Origin: Shigella phage JK55
Length of the DNA: 64,000 nucleotides
Sequence record: MK962758
Strand: one strand, 5' to 3'
The notes beneath the pieces were generated by a model that was not told where the DNA came from, made no database searches, and was given only the letters and a program-made list of their open reading frames with translations. Of the stretch, positions 1 through 8,211 are shown one piece after another. Position 1 is the first letter of the stretch. Every line of letters begins with the position of its first letter. A program made the position numbers and the translations under genes.

Positions 1-1101
1 ATGCGCATGGTAAACGACCACGCAGAAGTGATTAAGAGTTCAACTTCTTTGGAGACATCTCAAGCACAGATTACAATGACACCTGAAATGTTCAGCCTTT
101 TGAGTTCAGGTGTATACACATTCAAAGAAAGGGCAGTGATTCGTGAACTGTCATGTAACGCAGTAGATGCTCAAAAAGAAGCTGGAAAAGAGAACATCCC
201 ATTCCATGTGCATTTACCTACTCGATTTGAGCCTTACTTTGAAGTCCGTGACTTTGGAACTGGTTTAACCCATGACAAAGTAATGAGTTTGTATCTGAAC
301 TATGGGGCTTCTACGAAGAATGACTCCAATGATTACATTGGTGCAATGGGTATCGGCTCAAAATCCCCATTTGCAATTGCTCAGTCATTCACAGTATCTA
401 GCTATGTTGATGGTGTTGTTAATAAGTACTCTGTTTACCTTGAGAATGGTATCCCTCAAGTAACTAAGCTTACTACCAACCCAACAAATGAACCCAATGG
501 TTTAGCTGTACGTGTGGCAGTTGCTGACCATCGTATTTCAAAGTTCTTTGAAGAGGCTGGTCACGTATACTCATACTTTGCTGTGAAACCAGAAAGTAAT
601 ATTGTATATGATGACGTGTTAGCAGATATGAACGTCATTGCCCGTGAAGAGGGTGTTTATGATGCCATGATTCATAAGCAAAGCTGGCGTTCTAGTGGTA
701 ACAGGACAGAGTTTAATGTGGTGATGGGTAACATTGCCTACCCTGTTAACATGGAAGCATTACTTGGTGATGATTTCTTCAAAATCTTGCCAGAATTTTT
801 CCGTAGGAGCGTAGACCTTGTAAACATCTACATGCCTATTGGTTCAGTTGCTATTGCAGCTTCTCGTGAAGCATTACAGATGAATGACACGACAAAAAAT
901 GTTATCATTGAGGCTACTAAAAAGATAACTGAAGCCATTACAAAGGATGTTATCAAGAAAGTTAATAGCCAACCTACACTCATGGATGCCGCACAGGCTT
1001 ATGCTGAGTTACGTTTGAACTCACGAGAGATGTTTAATGCTGTGTGTCCAAAGCTAGAGTGGGTGGCGTTAAGCTTGATTCTCTGGAAGAAGAATTGCTA
1101 A
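1..1101 (+). CDS. rIIA: rIIA-like protein, N-terminal part (GHKL-type ATPase fold)
   Basis: GHKL motifs visible in translation: N-box RELSCNAVDA, G1 box DFGTG, G2-like GAMGIGSKS; PxGSxxIAxSREAL segment typical of rIIA family; followed by rIIB-like gene. Ends at stop 1099-1101 while an overlapping frame continues (see 1044..2366). Confidence 0.6.
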   Translation: MRMVNDHAEVIKSSTSLETSQAQITMTPEMFSLLSSGVYTFKERAVIRELSCNAVDAQKEAGKENIPFHVHLPTRFEPYFEVRDFGTGLTHDKVMSLYLNYGASTKNDSNDYIGAMGIGSKSPFAIAQSFTVSSYVDGVVNKYSVYLENGIPQVTKLTTNPTNEPNGLAVRVAVADHRISKFFEEAGHVYSYFAVKPESNIVYDDVLADMNVIAREEGVYDAMIHKQSWRSSGNRTEFNVVMGNIAYPVNMEALLGDDFFKILPEFFRRSVDLVNIYMPIGSVAIAASREALQMNDTTKNVIIEATKKITEAITKDVIKKVNSQPTLMDAAQAYAELRLNSREMFNAVCPKLEWVALSLILWKKNC

Positions 1102-2366
1102 ACATTCGTCGTGGAATTATCTACGCAGAAGACGGCTCAGTTATTTATGAACGTGACGGCAAAGGTAATATTAAGGTTGATAGGAACGGGAACAATATCC
1201 CTAAAGTAGATTATCTTTATGACCCAGTTGCTTATGTCAAGTTCAACTCTTTAGAGAGTAAGATTCGTGCAACATCGCTTTCCTACACTCAAGAGGCAAG
1301 TATGTTCAATATCTTTGGTGCAATGCGTAAAAGCCAAATTGAACAGTTTTTGTTTGTTATAAATGACCGTCGCAATAAAAATGGTACTGAGAAGACTGTA
1401 GGACGCAATCAGATTCTGCGTGGTGCATGTCGAGACTATGCCAGCGAGTCAAGCCTGTTTCACAGATATAATGGTATTGTCTTTGTATTCTCTACAGAGA
1501 AAGAGCTAGATGACTTAATCAATCTGCACAAACTTGATAAGAGCTTGTTAAAGATTGTGAAGATGTCTGATAAGGAACACCATTATCAGCGTAAAGAAGC
1601 TGTGAGAGGTGTTGTAAAACTCTGGAAAGCTGTTCCAGCAGAAGGTGTAGCCTCATACACAGAGGTGTCAGAAGACTTAGACACGATTGAAGAGCCTCAG
1701 CTTTATATTAAGGCAGTAGGTGACACAGTTGATGGCGAATGTTTTTGCTCATCTCCAGATGATGTAGCTAAGTCAGTTGCCAATGTCATTGGAAAGACAG
1801 TCTATGTTTTCCGAAAAGCAAATTGGAAAAAGATACCAGAAGACTGGATTGAAGTAGATGAGAAGCTCTTGAACGACAGCTTAACTGATGTTCATTGGAT
1901 TAATCATAACAGGTATATGACACGCGTCTGTATGCGTGGTGTCCTAGACCTTACAAGCTGTTGGATTATTACCAGAAACTTTACGTTCAATAACAGGAAG
2001 ATTTCTGATGGTTATTGCTATTCACGGGATACAAACAAAACTATCTTCCTAGAAGGTAATGAAGATGCTGTTGAGGCAATGTTCGGTAAAATCCAATACA
2101 TTGCTGCACAATTTGCATACACTTACACTATTAGTGTGTTGCAAGATTTGAAAAGGTGTCTTGATAATGATACAAAACTTTACAAGAAAATTAAGAAAGC
2201 TGGTGACCGTATGTTTATTAAGGTAACAAACTACTTCTCAAAAAGAAAACAAGAAAACTTCTTGCTTTCTCATCTAGATTGGAATAAAGTGTCACCCGTC
2301 GAAGTAAGTAAGTTCTTAGGCTTTGATGTGAAGTGTGTTCCAGAAGGAACTACAATTTACGATTAA
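1044..2366 (+). CDS. rIIA: rIIA-like protein, C-terminal part (continues in -1 frame relative to 1..1101; frameshifted or split gene)
   Basis: ORF opens (GTG at 1044) inside the 3' end of the previous ORF; combined length about 790 aa fits rIIA-size proteins; frame change coincides with a (TG)3 tract at 1041-1047. Confidence 0.45.
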   Translation: MSKARVGGVKLDSLEEELLNIRRGIIYAEDGSVIYERDGKGNIKVDRNGNNIPKVDYLYDPVAYVKFNSLESKIRATSLSYTQEASMFNIFGAMRKSQIEQFLFVINDRRNKNGTEKTVGRNQILRGACRDYASESSLFHRYNGIVFVFSTEKELDDLINLHKLDKSLLKIVKMSDKEHHYQRKEAVRGVVKLWKAVPAEGVASYTEVSEDLDTIEEPQLYIKAVGDTVDGECFCSSPDDVAKSVANVIGKTVYVFRKANWKKIPEDWIEVDEKLLNDSLTDVHWINHNRYMTRVCMRGVLDLTSCWIITRNFTFNNRKISDGYCYSRDTNKTIFLEGNEDAVEAMFGKIQYIAAQFAYTYTISVLQDLKRCLDNDTKLYKKIKKAGDRMFIKVTNYFSKRKQENFLLSHLDWNKVSPVEVSKFLGFDVKCVPEGTTIYD

Positions 2367-2371
2367 AGTGT

Positions 2372-2401
2372 TTGACAAGGGGCTTCGAAGCCCCTTAGAA
2401 T
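2372..2401 (+). promoter_or_regulatory. sigma70-like promoter with perfect hairpin in spacer (TTGACA - AGGGGCTTCGAAGCCCCT - TAGAAT); could alternatively act as terminator-like hairpin after rIIA
   Basis: TTGACA at 2372-2377, 18-nt spacer forming 7-bp stem with TCGA loop, TAGAAT at 2396-2401. Confidence 0.4.
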
Positions 2402-2412
2402 AGCCTTACAAA

Positions 2413-3555
2413 ATGATTTATCAACTAACAAGAGAGAGTAATAAGATGACTACTAAAACTAAAGCACAGATTGACGCAGAAATTTACGAACTGGTTAAAG
2501 AAGGTAAGCTGACTAAAACAGCTATTGCACAGAAGTTCAATACTTCAACCCGTTCAGTTGGTCGTGCTGTAGAGCGTCATGAAGCAACCTTAAAAGGTAA
2601 GAAAAAGGTAGCTTCTAAACCAGCTACGAAGACTTTGAAGCAAGTTGCTAAATCAGTTAAAAAGAAAGCTGACAAACCAGTTGAAAAGGTTGTTAAAGAG
2701 CCTGTACAGAAAGCTCCGGTAAATAAACTGCATGAAGCTATGCAGAATGGCAACCAGATTGAGTACATGATTACTGGCGACTCTGTTATCATGACTTTCG
2801 GTGCAGATTCTGAAATCGTTGAATCTACCCATCCGAACTACAAAGAAATCGTGATGGCTGTTGTATCCGGTGAGTATAAGAAAGCTTTCGAACTGATGAA
2901 CATTCGTAAGTCTATCGAAAACTTCACTCAGGGTGCTATCACCATCAAAGGTGACAAGTTATTCTACGGTGCTGTTGAGATGCGTTCTACTCTGGTTGAC
3001 CGTATTCTTCACATGATGAAGACTGGAGATAAGGGTTTTGAACGCCTTGTGATGTTCTTCGAAAAACTGATGGAAAACCCATCTAAAGATTCTGTAGAAC
3101 AACTTTGGGGATTCGTATCTCACCTTGATGTTGAAATTGATGAAGAAGGCTACATCATTGGTTGGAAGAAAGTCTCTACTCGTGAAGGCAAGCTGGTTGA
3201 CTCCCACACCTACAGAGTACCTAATGATTTGGGTAACATTGTAGAAATGCCACGTTGGATGGTTGATAATAACCGTAACGTGACTTGCTCTCAAGGTCTT
3301 CACGTTGGTGCTTGGGATTACGTTCGTTACTTCTCAGGTGATACAATCCTGAAGGTTCGTGTCCATCCACGAGATGTTGTATCTGTTCCAACTGATTACA
3401 ACGATATGAAGATGCGTTCGTCTCGTTATGAAGTTGCAGCAATCGTTGATAATCAACGTAAAGTGCTGAAAGAATGGGATGGCAAGACTGAAGCTTTGCA
3501 TGTCATCGTTGGTACTGCTGGAGAACTTATCTCTCAACGTAAACGTGAAATCTAA
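2413..3555 (+). CDS. rIIB: rIIB-like protein
   Basis: Immediately downstream of rIIA-like gene; C-terminal HPRDVVSVPTDYNDMKMRSSRYEV and LVDRIL segments resemble rIIB family as I recall it; true start may be ATG at 2446. Confidence 0.45.
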   Translation: MIYQLTRESNKMTTKTKAQIDAEIYELVKEGKLTKTAIAQKFNTSTRSVGRAVERHEATLKGKKKVASKPATKTLKQVAKSVKKKADKPVEKVVKEPVQKAPVNKLHEAMQNGNQIEYMITGDSVIMTFGADSEIVESTHPNYKEIVMAVVSGEYKKAFELMNIRKSIENFTQGAITIKGDKLFYGAVEMRSTLVDRILHMMKTGDKGFERLVMFFEKLMENPSKDSVEQLWGFVSHLDVEIDEEGYIIGWKKVSTREGKLVDSHTYRVPNDLGNIVEMPRWMVDNNRNVTCSQGLHVGAWDYVRYFSGDTILKVRVHPRDVVSVPTDYNDMKMRSSRYEVAAIVDNQRKVLKEWDGKTEALHVIVGTAGELISQRKREI

Positions 3556-3572
3556 TAAATAACTTCTTAAAA

Positions 3573-3597
3573 GGCTGCTTCGGCGGCCTTTTTTATT
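3573..3597 (+). terminator. rho-independent terminator (GGCTGC-TTCG-GCGGCC + T-run)
   Basis: GC stem with UUCG tetraloop followed by TTTTTTATTT. Confidence 0.7.
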
Positions 3598-3655
3598 TGT
3601 ATTTTGTGCAGAGTGCTGTATAATTGTTGTCACGATAAACTAAACAGGAGAACCA

Positions 3656-4204
3656 ATGAAGAAATTGATTCTAGGTTTGTGCTTAATGTTTACAGCACAC
3701 TTATCTTATGCAGTTGACTGCCCAGAGCTATCAATTAGCCAAAAAGTAAACATGTTAAAAGCTTACCAGTATGGTGAGAATAACATGGGCAAAGGTTGGG
3801 GTATCACTCTAGCTGCTATAGCCTTACAAGAGTCAGAGTTAGGTCTGAAGGTAGAGAATAAAAAGACACATGATTATGGTATTTTCCAGAATCACTTGAA
3901 GACTGTTGTAAAGCGTAACAAAATTAGTCCTAATGTGGCTAAAAAGAAACTCTTAAAAGACTTTGACTATGCTGCGAAGGAAACGCACAAAGAGCTTGAG
4001 TTTTGGACAAAGGTGCATGGTCAGCCAAAGTCAAAGAAGACTTTACAAAAAGTTTTAGCATCATATAATGCTGGGTATTCGTACAGAATCCCTAAAGCTA
4101 AGAAATACTCTCAAGATGTCTATAACAATATGAAAGTTATCGCTCAATGTGAATTTGCAACAAACATTTCTAAGGTAAATCATGAAAAAATTAAGAAAGT
4201 CTGA
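3656..4204 (+). CDS. secreted lytic transglycosylase-like protein (SLT-domain motifs)
   Basis: N-terminal signal peptide (MKKLILGLCLMFTAHLSYA); motifs LQESELGL, YGIFQ and SYNAG match the E-S / G-x-x-Q / AYNxG pattern of family-1 lytic transglycosylases. Confidence 0.45.
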   Translation: MKKLILGLCLMFTAHLSYAVDCPELSISQKVNMLKAYQYGENNMGKGWGITLAAIALQESELGLKVENKKTHDYGIFQNHLKTVVKRNKISPNVAKKKLLKDFDYAAKETHKELEFWTKVHGQPKSKKTLQKVLASYNAGYSYRIPKAKKYSQDVYNNMKVIAQCEFATNISKVNHEKIKKV

Positions 4205-4877
4205 TGAAGTCCTGTGTCATGCTTATGACTTGCATCCTCATGAGTTTGGTCTTGATTCCTGTGTATGGACTCCAGAACAGTGCAGGGATTTTGAAGACAC
4301 TGCAAGAGAAGTTGTATGTTCACTTGAAGATTTCCACACATCAGAGCCAATTGTGAATGTTGTAGATAAAGAGACTGGACAAACTATAGGTGTAAGTCGT
4401 GATAGCTTAGTCATAGTCAATAAAGACCTTGTAGAAAAAGGTAACCTCATCTTAGCAGATATTGATGGTGTTCTTACAAATTTTAATCACGAAGATTGCT
4501 CAACGGAATTGACTGATGGGTCATTCTCACAGTACACTAATCTTCTTGACTCTGTAAGAGCAAAACCAACGTATGTCTTTAGTATTATTGATGCAATTGC
4601 TAATCATGCTGCCATTGGACTCTTGACAGCGAGAGGTGAATCTCAGAGAATACCTACTGAGATGTTTTTAAGGCATAACACAGAGCATGACTACATGCTT
4701 TTTATGCGTGGTTTTGGGACTAACTCTATAAGTGCAGAAAGTTTGAAAGTGAGGATGATTCAGTCTTGCATTCTGCCTTACTTTAATATAGTATGTTTTA
4801 TAGAAGATACAGAGAAGAATGTGCAGAAGGTGAACAGAATCCTTCCACACATCAAAACCATGTTAGTTAAACATTGA
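4182..4877 (+). CDS. HAD-superfamily phosphatase-like protein
   Basis: Motif ILADIDGVLTNF matches HAD motif I (DxDGx); otherwise unassigned. Confidence 0.35.
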   Translation: MKKLRKSDEVLCHAYDLHPHEFGLDSCVWTPEQCRDFEDTAREVVCSLEDFHTSEPIVNVVDKETGQTIGVSRDSLVIVNKDLVEKGNLILADIDGVLTNFNHEDCSTELTDGSFSQYTNLLDSVRAKPTYVFSIIDAIANHAAIGLLTARGESQRIPTEMFLRHNTEHDYMLFMRGFGTNSISAESLKVRMIQSCILPYFNIVCFIEDTEKNVQKVNRILPHIKTMLVKH

Positions 4878-4887
4878 GAGAAAACTT

Positions 4888-5352
4888 ATGAACAATATCA
4901 TTACGGTAGCACTGGACGTTACGGCAAACAAATCTGAAGTAGTTCGTAACATTATCAAGAGCAACTTTGAGGGTAAAATCTTCCGTGCTGTCAATGTAAA
5001 AGCAGACGGTAACATTCGGGAGTATCGTGCCCTTTTGAATGTTAAGAAACACGTCAAAGGTGCTGGTTCAACGACTGCACACAAAGAAAACCTGATGACC
5101 ATCTATGATATGGGGATGGCTTCAGAATTAGGTGCTGAAGGTATCGTTAAAGAAGGTGCTCCGTATCGCTCTTTCAATCTGGAAACTGCTCTCATGCTTT
5201 CCTTTACAAGTGGTTCTAAAACAACTACTTATCTCTTTACTGATGCTGCAACGGTATCTGCTATCAAGGATAGCACTGTCAAAGCTGGGGTAGCTGCTGC
5301 TGCAAAAGCTTCTTCGATGGCTGCAAATGTCCTTGCTAAAGTCCTCGGTTAA
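4888..5352 (+). CDS. hypothetical protein
   Basis: ORF with upstream purine-rich RBS; followed by terminator. Confidence 0.5.
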   Translation: MNNIITVALDVTANKSEVVRNIIKSNFEGKIFRAVNVKADGNIREYRALLNVKKHVKGAGSTTAHKENLMTIYDMGMASELGAEGIVKEGAPYRSFNLETALMLSFTSGSKTTTYLFTDAATVSAIKDSTVKAGVAAAAKASSMAANVLAKVLG

Positions 5353-5364
5353 GGTTAAGATACA

Positions 5365-5386
5365 GGCTCCTTCGGGAGCCTTTTTC
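5365..5386 (+). terminator. rho-independent terminator (GGCTCC-TTCG-GGAGCC + TTTTT)
   Basis: Perfect 6-bp GC stem, UUCG loop, T-run. Confidence 0.75.
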
Positions 5387-5404
5387 ATTTCAGGAGATTG
5401 TTAA

Positions 5405-5752
5405 ATGACATTTAAAGAGTTCTGTCAAGCTACTTTCATAATTGTTTTCTTAGTTGGGGCAGGTGTCTGGGGAGGATACTCTTACAGAGACTATCAAGTT
5501 GCTGAAGCTGAGCTAAATAATGAGAAACTAATAAGTGTTGCCAAAGATGCTTATCAGGAAGGTTTAGCCACACTGAGCACCAATTACAAAAATGATTTGA
5601 AAGATGTGCTTGCTAAGAATAAGCACACAAAAGAGGTACTAACATATGAAAAAACTAAGCCAGAGTTTTATAATGTTTGTGTTACTGATAATTATGTCAG
5701 GGTGTTCAACGAACAAAGTGAACAGTACATTCAAAAACTCCCAAGTAAGTGA
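5405..5752 (+). CDS. i-spanin candidate (Rz-like, N-terminal TM anchor)
   Basis: Single N-terminal TM helix (FIIVFLVGAGVWGG) then charged helical periplasmic domain; 3' end overlaps a lipoprotein ORF in another frame (classic Rz/Rz1 overlap). Confidence 0.45.
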   Translation: MTFKEFCQATFIIVFLVGAGVWGGYSYRDYQVAEAELNNEKLISVAKDAYQEGLATLSTNYKNDLKDVLAKNKHTKEVLTYEKTKPEFYNVCVTDNYVRVFNEQSEQYIQKLPSK

Positions 5753-5915
5753 GAGTGATAAGTACACTCAAGAAGATTCAAGATTCACTATCAAAGGTAA
5801 TACTGGTAGTGATGTGGCAGCAGCCCTTGAGTTCTATCGTGATGGATTTTACCAGTGCACAATCAAAGCTAATAACCTTATTGATATGATTTTATTAGGA
5901 AATAAACAGCAATGA
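5646..5915 (+). CDS. o-spanin candidate (Rz1-like outer-membrane lipoprotein)
   Basis: Signal peptide with lipobox IIMSGC; starts inside 3' end of the preceding TM-protein gene in a different frame. Confidence 0.45.
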   Translation: MKKLSQSFIMFVLLIIMSGCSTNKVNSTFKNSQVSESDKYTQEDSRFTIKGNTGSDVAAALEFYRDGFYQCTIKANNLIDMILLGNKQQ

Positions 5916-6181
5916 CAGAGAATGAAGATACTTTTTACGTAGAAGGGTACTTACTGTTACCGCGACCAAAAGAAACCTATATGCGAATTGACTTCATACC
6001 AACCATTATGGATAATGTGATGTGTCATATCTTTATGCAGGGTGTCACAGCACAGCTTAAGCATGTTGGTAAAGAGTGCAAAATAAAGGTTGACACTCAT
6101 CCAGAAATCAAAGAGAATCACTACACATGGTTCTTACCAGACTCTAAAGAAATCTTAGCAGTTCTTAAAACGAGGAAGTAA
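5912..6181 (+). CDS. hypothetical protein
   Basis: ORF, start overlaps previous stop (ATGA). Confidence 0.45.
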   Translation: MTENEDTFYVEGYLLLPRPKETYMRIDFIPTIMDNVMCHIFMQGVTAQLKHVGKECKIKVDTHPEIKENHYTWFLPDSKEILAVLKTRK

Positions 6182-6183
6182 CT

Positions 6184-6510
6184 ATGCAGATTAATGGAAG
6201 AGACTTTGTAGCCGTTTACTACGAGAAAGGTAAAGAAGTTGGCGTAGCACAAGTGTCTTATGGCAATGGTAAGTGGCTATATGGAACAATCGCAGTAGTT
6301 GGAACGAGAAGTGATACAAAAACTTTCAAAGATTGTGTTGAACTTCTTGAAGAATCCATCCATAATCATTGGTGTCTGATATGGATGACTGACAACGAAG
6401 TGAAGGAGCGTTTCAAAAAGATTGATATCAACATTGATAGTATTGAGCATGTTGATTTATATGAGCTAACCGAGAAGGTAAACTATGAAAGTAATACTAG
6501 CCAGAGATAA
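6184..6510 (+). CDS. hypothetical protein
   Basis: ORF tightly packed after previous gene. Confidence 0.45.
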   Translation: MQINGRDFVAVYYEKGKEVGVAQVSYGNGKWLYGTIAVVGTRSDTKTFKDCVELLEESIHNHWCLIWMTDNEVKERFKKIDINIDSIEHVDLYELTEKVNYESNTSQR

Positions 6511-6712
6511 AAAGACACGAAAACTTATCAGGTCAGCAGTGTTCATTGGACGAAATGAGGTCATCCCATTTACAGCAAATGATGTGATAGCTTACAGGAA
6601 GAACTTAGTATTCACTGACTGCTTACGTGGCTTCATCTCTGAACCATTGGAAAACTTTAAAAGTCGTTGTGGTAAAGGCATCATCATTCAAGAGGCAATT
6701 ATTCATGGCTGA
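6485..6712 (+). CDS. hypothetical protein
   Basis: ORF overlapping neighbours by a few codons. Confidence 0.4.
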   Translation: MKVILARDKKTRKLIRSAVFIGRNEVIPFTANDVIAYRKNLVFTDCLRGFISEPLENFKSRCGKGIIIQEAIIHG

Positions 6713-6905
6713 CTTCTGCAAAGACTGTTCTATCGAAATGTTCGGACGTGATACAGGTGACTTAAAAGGTCTTATCACTGAAGATGACTTTAAAGCTGGC
6801 TATGCAATGCCAGTAATCTGTGAAGGTTGTGGGTGCATCTGGGTAGACCACGAAGGACAGCGTGTAAAACCTTCAGAAGATAAAGAATCTTGGGAGAGAT
6901 GTTAA
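6705..6905 (+). CDS. hypothetical small Cys-rich protein (CxxC...CxGCGC)
   Basis: Internal ATG at 6705 with AAGAGG RBS about 10 nt upstream; contains CKDC and CEGCGC motifs (possible Zn binding). The ORF track start at 6627 overlaps the upstream gene extensively. Confidence 0.4.
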   Translation: MADFCKDCSIEMFGRDTGDLKGLITEDDFKAGYAMPVICEGCGCIWVDHEGQRVKPSEDKESWERC

Positions 6906-7691
6906 ATGGGTATTGTAAAAATCATCAATGGCGATATCTTTGCCGCATTTGATAAAGGTAAGTTTGACATCATTGGTCACGGTTGCAACTGTATGAATTT
7001 AATGGGTGCAGGTATCGCTGACAAGATTTCTAAACTTTACCCAAAAGCATATGAGACCGATACAGAAGTTTATCTATATGCAGGTGGTATAGGTCACAAA
7101 CCCTGTGAGAATTTACTAGGTAATTTCTCTGTAGCACGCTTAAAACAAGGTCGTATAGCTAACCTTTACACTCAGCTTAAGACTGGTAAAGATGCACGAT
7201 ACAGTGTTTTAGAGTCATCTTTGAAACAGCTTAACAGATACTGTGAAGTTAATCAGTTGAAGAAAGTTGGTTTACCTATGATTGGTGCAGGTATCGGTGG
7301 GCTGGACCCTCAAGCTGTCACAGTTATCATCAATCAGGTGATGAAGAGTGTAGATGTTTATCTGTATGTCTATGAAGGCGAGATGTACCACAAGTTACGC
7401 TCAGGTTGGAAGAACTACTGTGAACCAGAATACTTTGCAGGTGTAGCAGTGTTCACGGATAACGCAGTTACCCTCTTCAGACGAAGAAAAGGTAAGATAC
7501 ATCAAAGTAACCCTCCGGTTGAAAAGATGTCTCTAGGTAATGCTCTAGTTACCCACCTGTCGAAGAGCAATCACAGAATGGCTGTGACATTTGGTAGTGA
7601 TGCAGAAGCTTATATCTATGCAAGAACTGATGAGGATATCGAGGCAATCTTCTCTTCACCAGAAGTTACCTTCTTAGACGCAAAGAACTAA
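6906..7691 (+). CDS. macro-domain protein, TARG1/OARD1/DarG-like (ADP-ribose processing)
   Basis: N-terminal 160 aa show GDIF...HGCNCxNLMGAGIA...LPMIGAGIGGL...VYLYVY, matching the TARG1-type macro-domain pattern (GDLF, MGAGIA, MPRIGCGLDRL); about 100 aa of C-terminal extension unassigned. Confidence 0.55.
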   Translation: MGIVKIINGDIFAAFDKGKFDIIGHGCNCMNLMGAGIADKISKLYPKAYETDTEVYLYAGGIGHKPCENLLGNFSVARLKQGRIANLYTQLKTGKDARYSVLESSLKQLNRYCEVNQLKKVGLPMIGAGIGGLDPQAVTVIINQVMKSVDVYLYVYEGEMYHKLRSGWKNYCEPEYFAGVAVFTDNAVTLFRRRKGKIHQSNPPVEKMSLGNALVTHLSKSNHRMAVTFGSDAEAYIYARTDEDIEAIFSSPEVTFLDAKN

Positions 7692-7760
7692 GAAACTCTG
7701 TAGAATATTCACAATAGACTAAGCCTTTCTTATCTGGTAAATTTTTCAGGTAAGGAGGGC

Positions 7761-7943
7761 TTTTTCATTTCAGGATTGTGCAGGTATATTTCTATAGAGA
7801 AATCTGTAGAGAAAATTTTGAACTCCAAAGAGAAAATTCATTTTCAAACTGTGCAGGTAATCTCCAAAGGGCTTTTTCATTTTCAAAACGTGCAGACCCC
7901 GCTCAGGTCGGGCAAGAAAAATCATTTTAGAATTGTGCAGGTA
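7761..7943 (+). repeat. four direct copies of about 22-bp motif TTCATTT(T)CAnnA..GTGCAGGTA in intergenic region
   Basis: Copies near 7765-7786, 7838-7860, 7876-7896, 7922-7943; a fifth partial copy follows the terminator at 5380-5394. Confidence 0.6.
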
Positions 7944-7967
7944 GGTTTTTATAGAGAGCCAGACCAA

Positions 7968-7998
7968 CCCCTCTCCCCCTCTTACTCCCCCTCTCCCC
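7968..7998 (-). other. G-quadruplex-forming motif on minus strand (GGGG-AGA-GGGGG-AGTAAGA-GGGGG-AGA-GGGG); C-rich i-motif strand on plus
   Basis: Plus strand reads CCCCTCTCCCCCTCTTACTCCCCCTCTCCCC; four C/G tracts of 4-5 with loops of 3, 7, 3 nt in an otherwise AT-rich intergenic region. Confidence 0.6.
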
Positions 7999-8119
7999 AA
8001 AAGTCAAGAGAAAAATTTGTAGCGGATTGAAAAATAATTCTTGATTTGTGTTCTGTTTTGTGGTAGTCGTGTGCGCCCGTTTCATTACAGTTTTGCCAAA
8101 GATATTTTTAAAATTTTTC

Positions 8120-8179
8120 TTGACTCTTTGAACGGGGTTATCTAGTATTTGCATCAACGGGGAGGGAATGACCTTCCCC
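8120..8179 (+). promoter_or_regulatory. type-A early cassette: promoter (TTGACT-17-TAGTAT) plus 5'UTR hairpin GGGGAGGGAATGACCTTCCCC and GGAG RBS
   Basis: -35 at 8120-8125, -10 at 8143-8148, hairpin 8159-8179, conserved tail ACTAAATAAAGTCCTAAACTGGAGATTCAAAAATG to start 8212. Confidence 0.6.
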
Positions 8180-8211
8180 ACTAAATAAAGTCCTAAACTG
8201 GAGATTCAAAA

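Noticed and set aside
2577-3633. Four minus-strand ORFs inside the rIIB-like gene
   Set aside because: Antisense to a long plus-strand gene in a uniformly plus-strand block; no independent support.
7770-8181. Three overlapping ORFs (7770..8000 minus, 7776..8030 plus, 7927..8181 minus)
   Set aside because: They cover the repeat and G4 intergenic region, overlap each other on both strands, include low-complexity translation of the C-rich tract, and have no RBS; judged non-coding.
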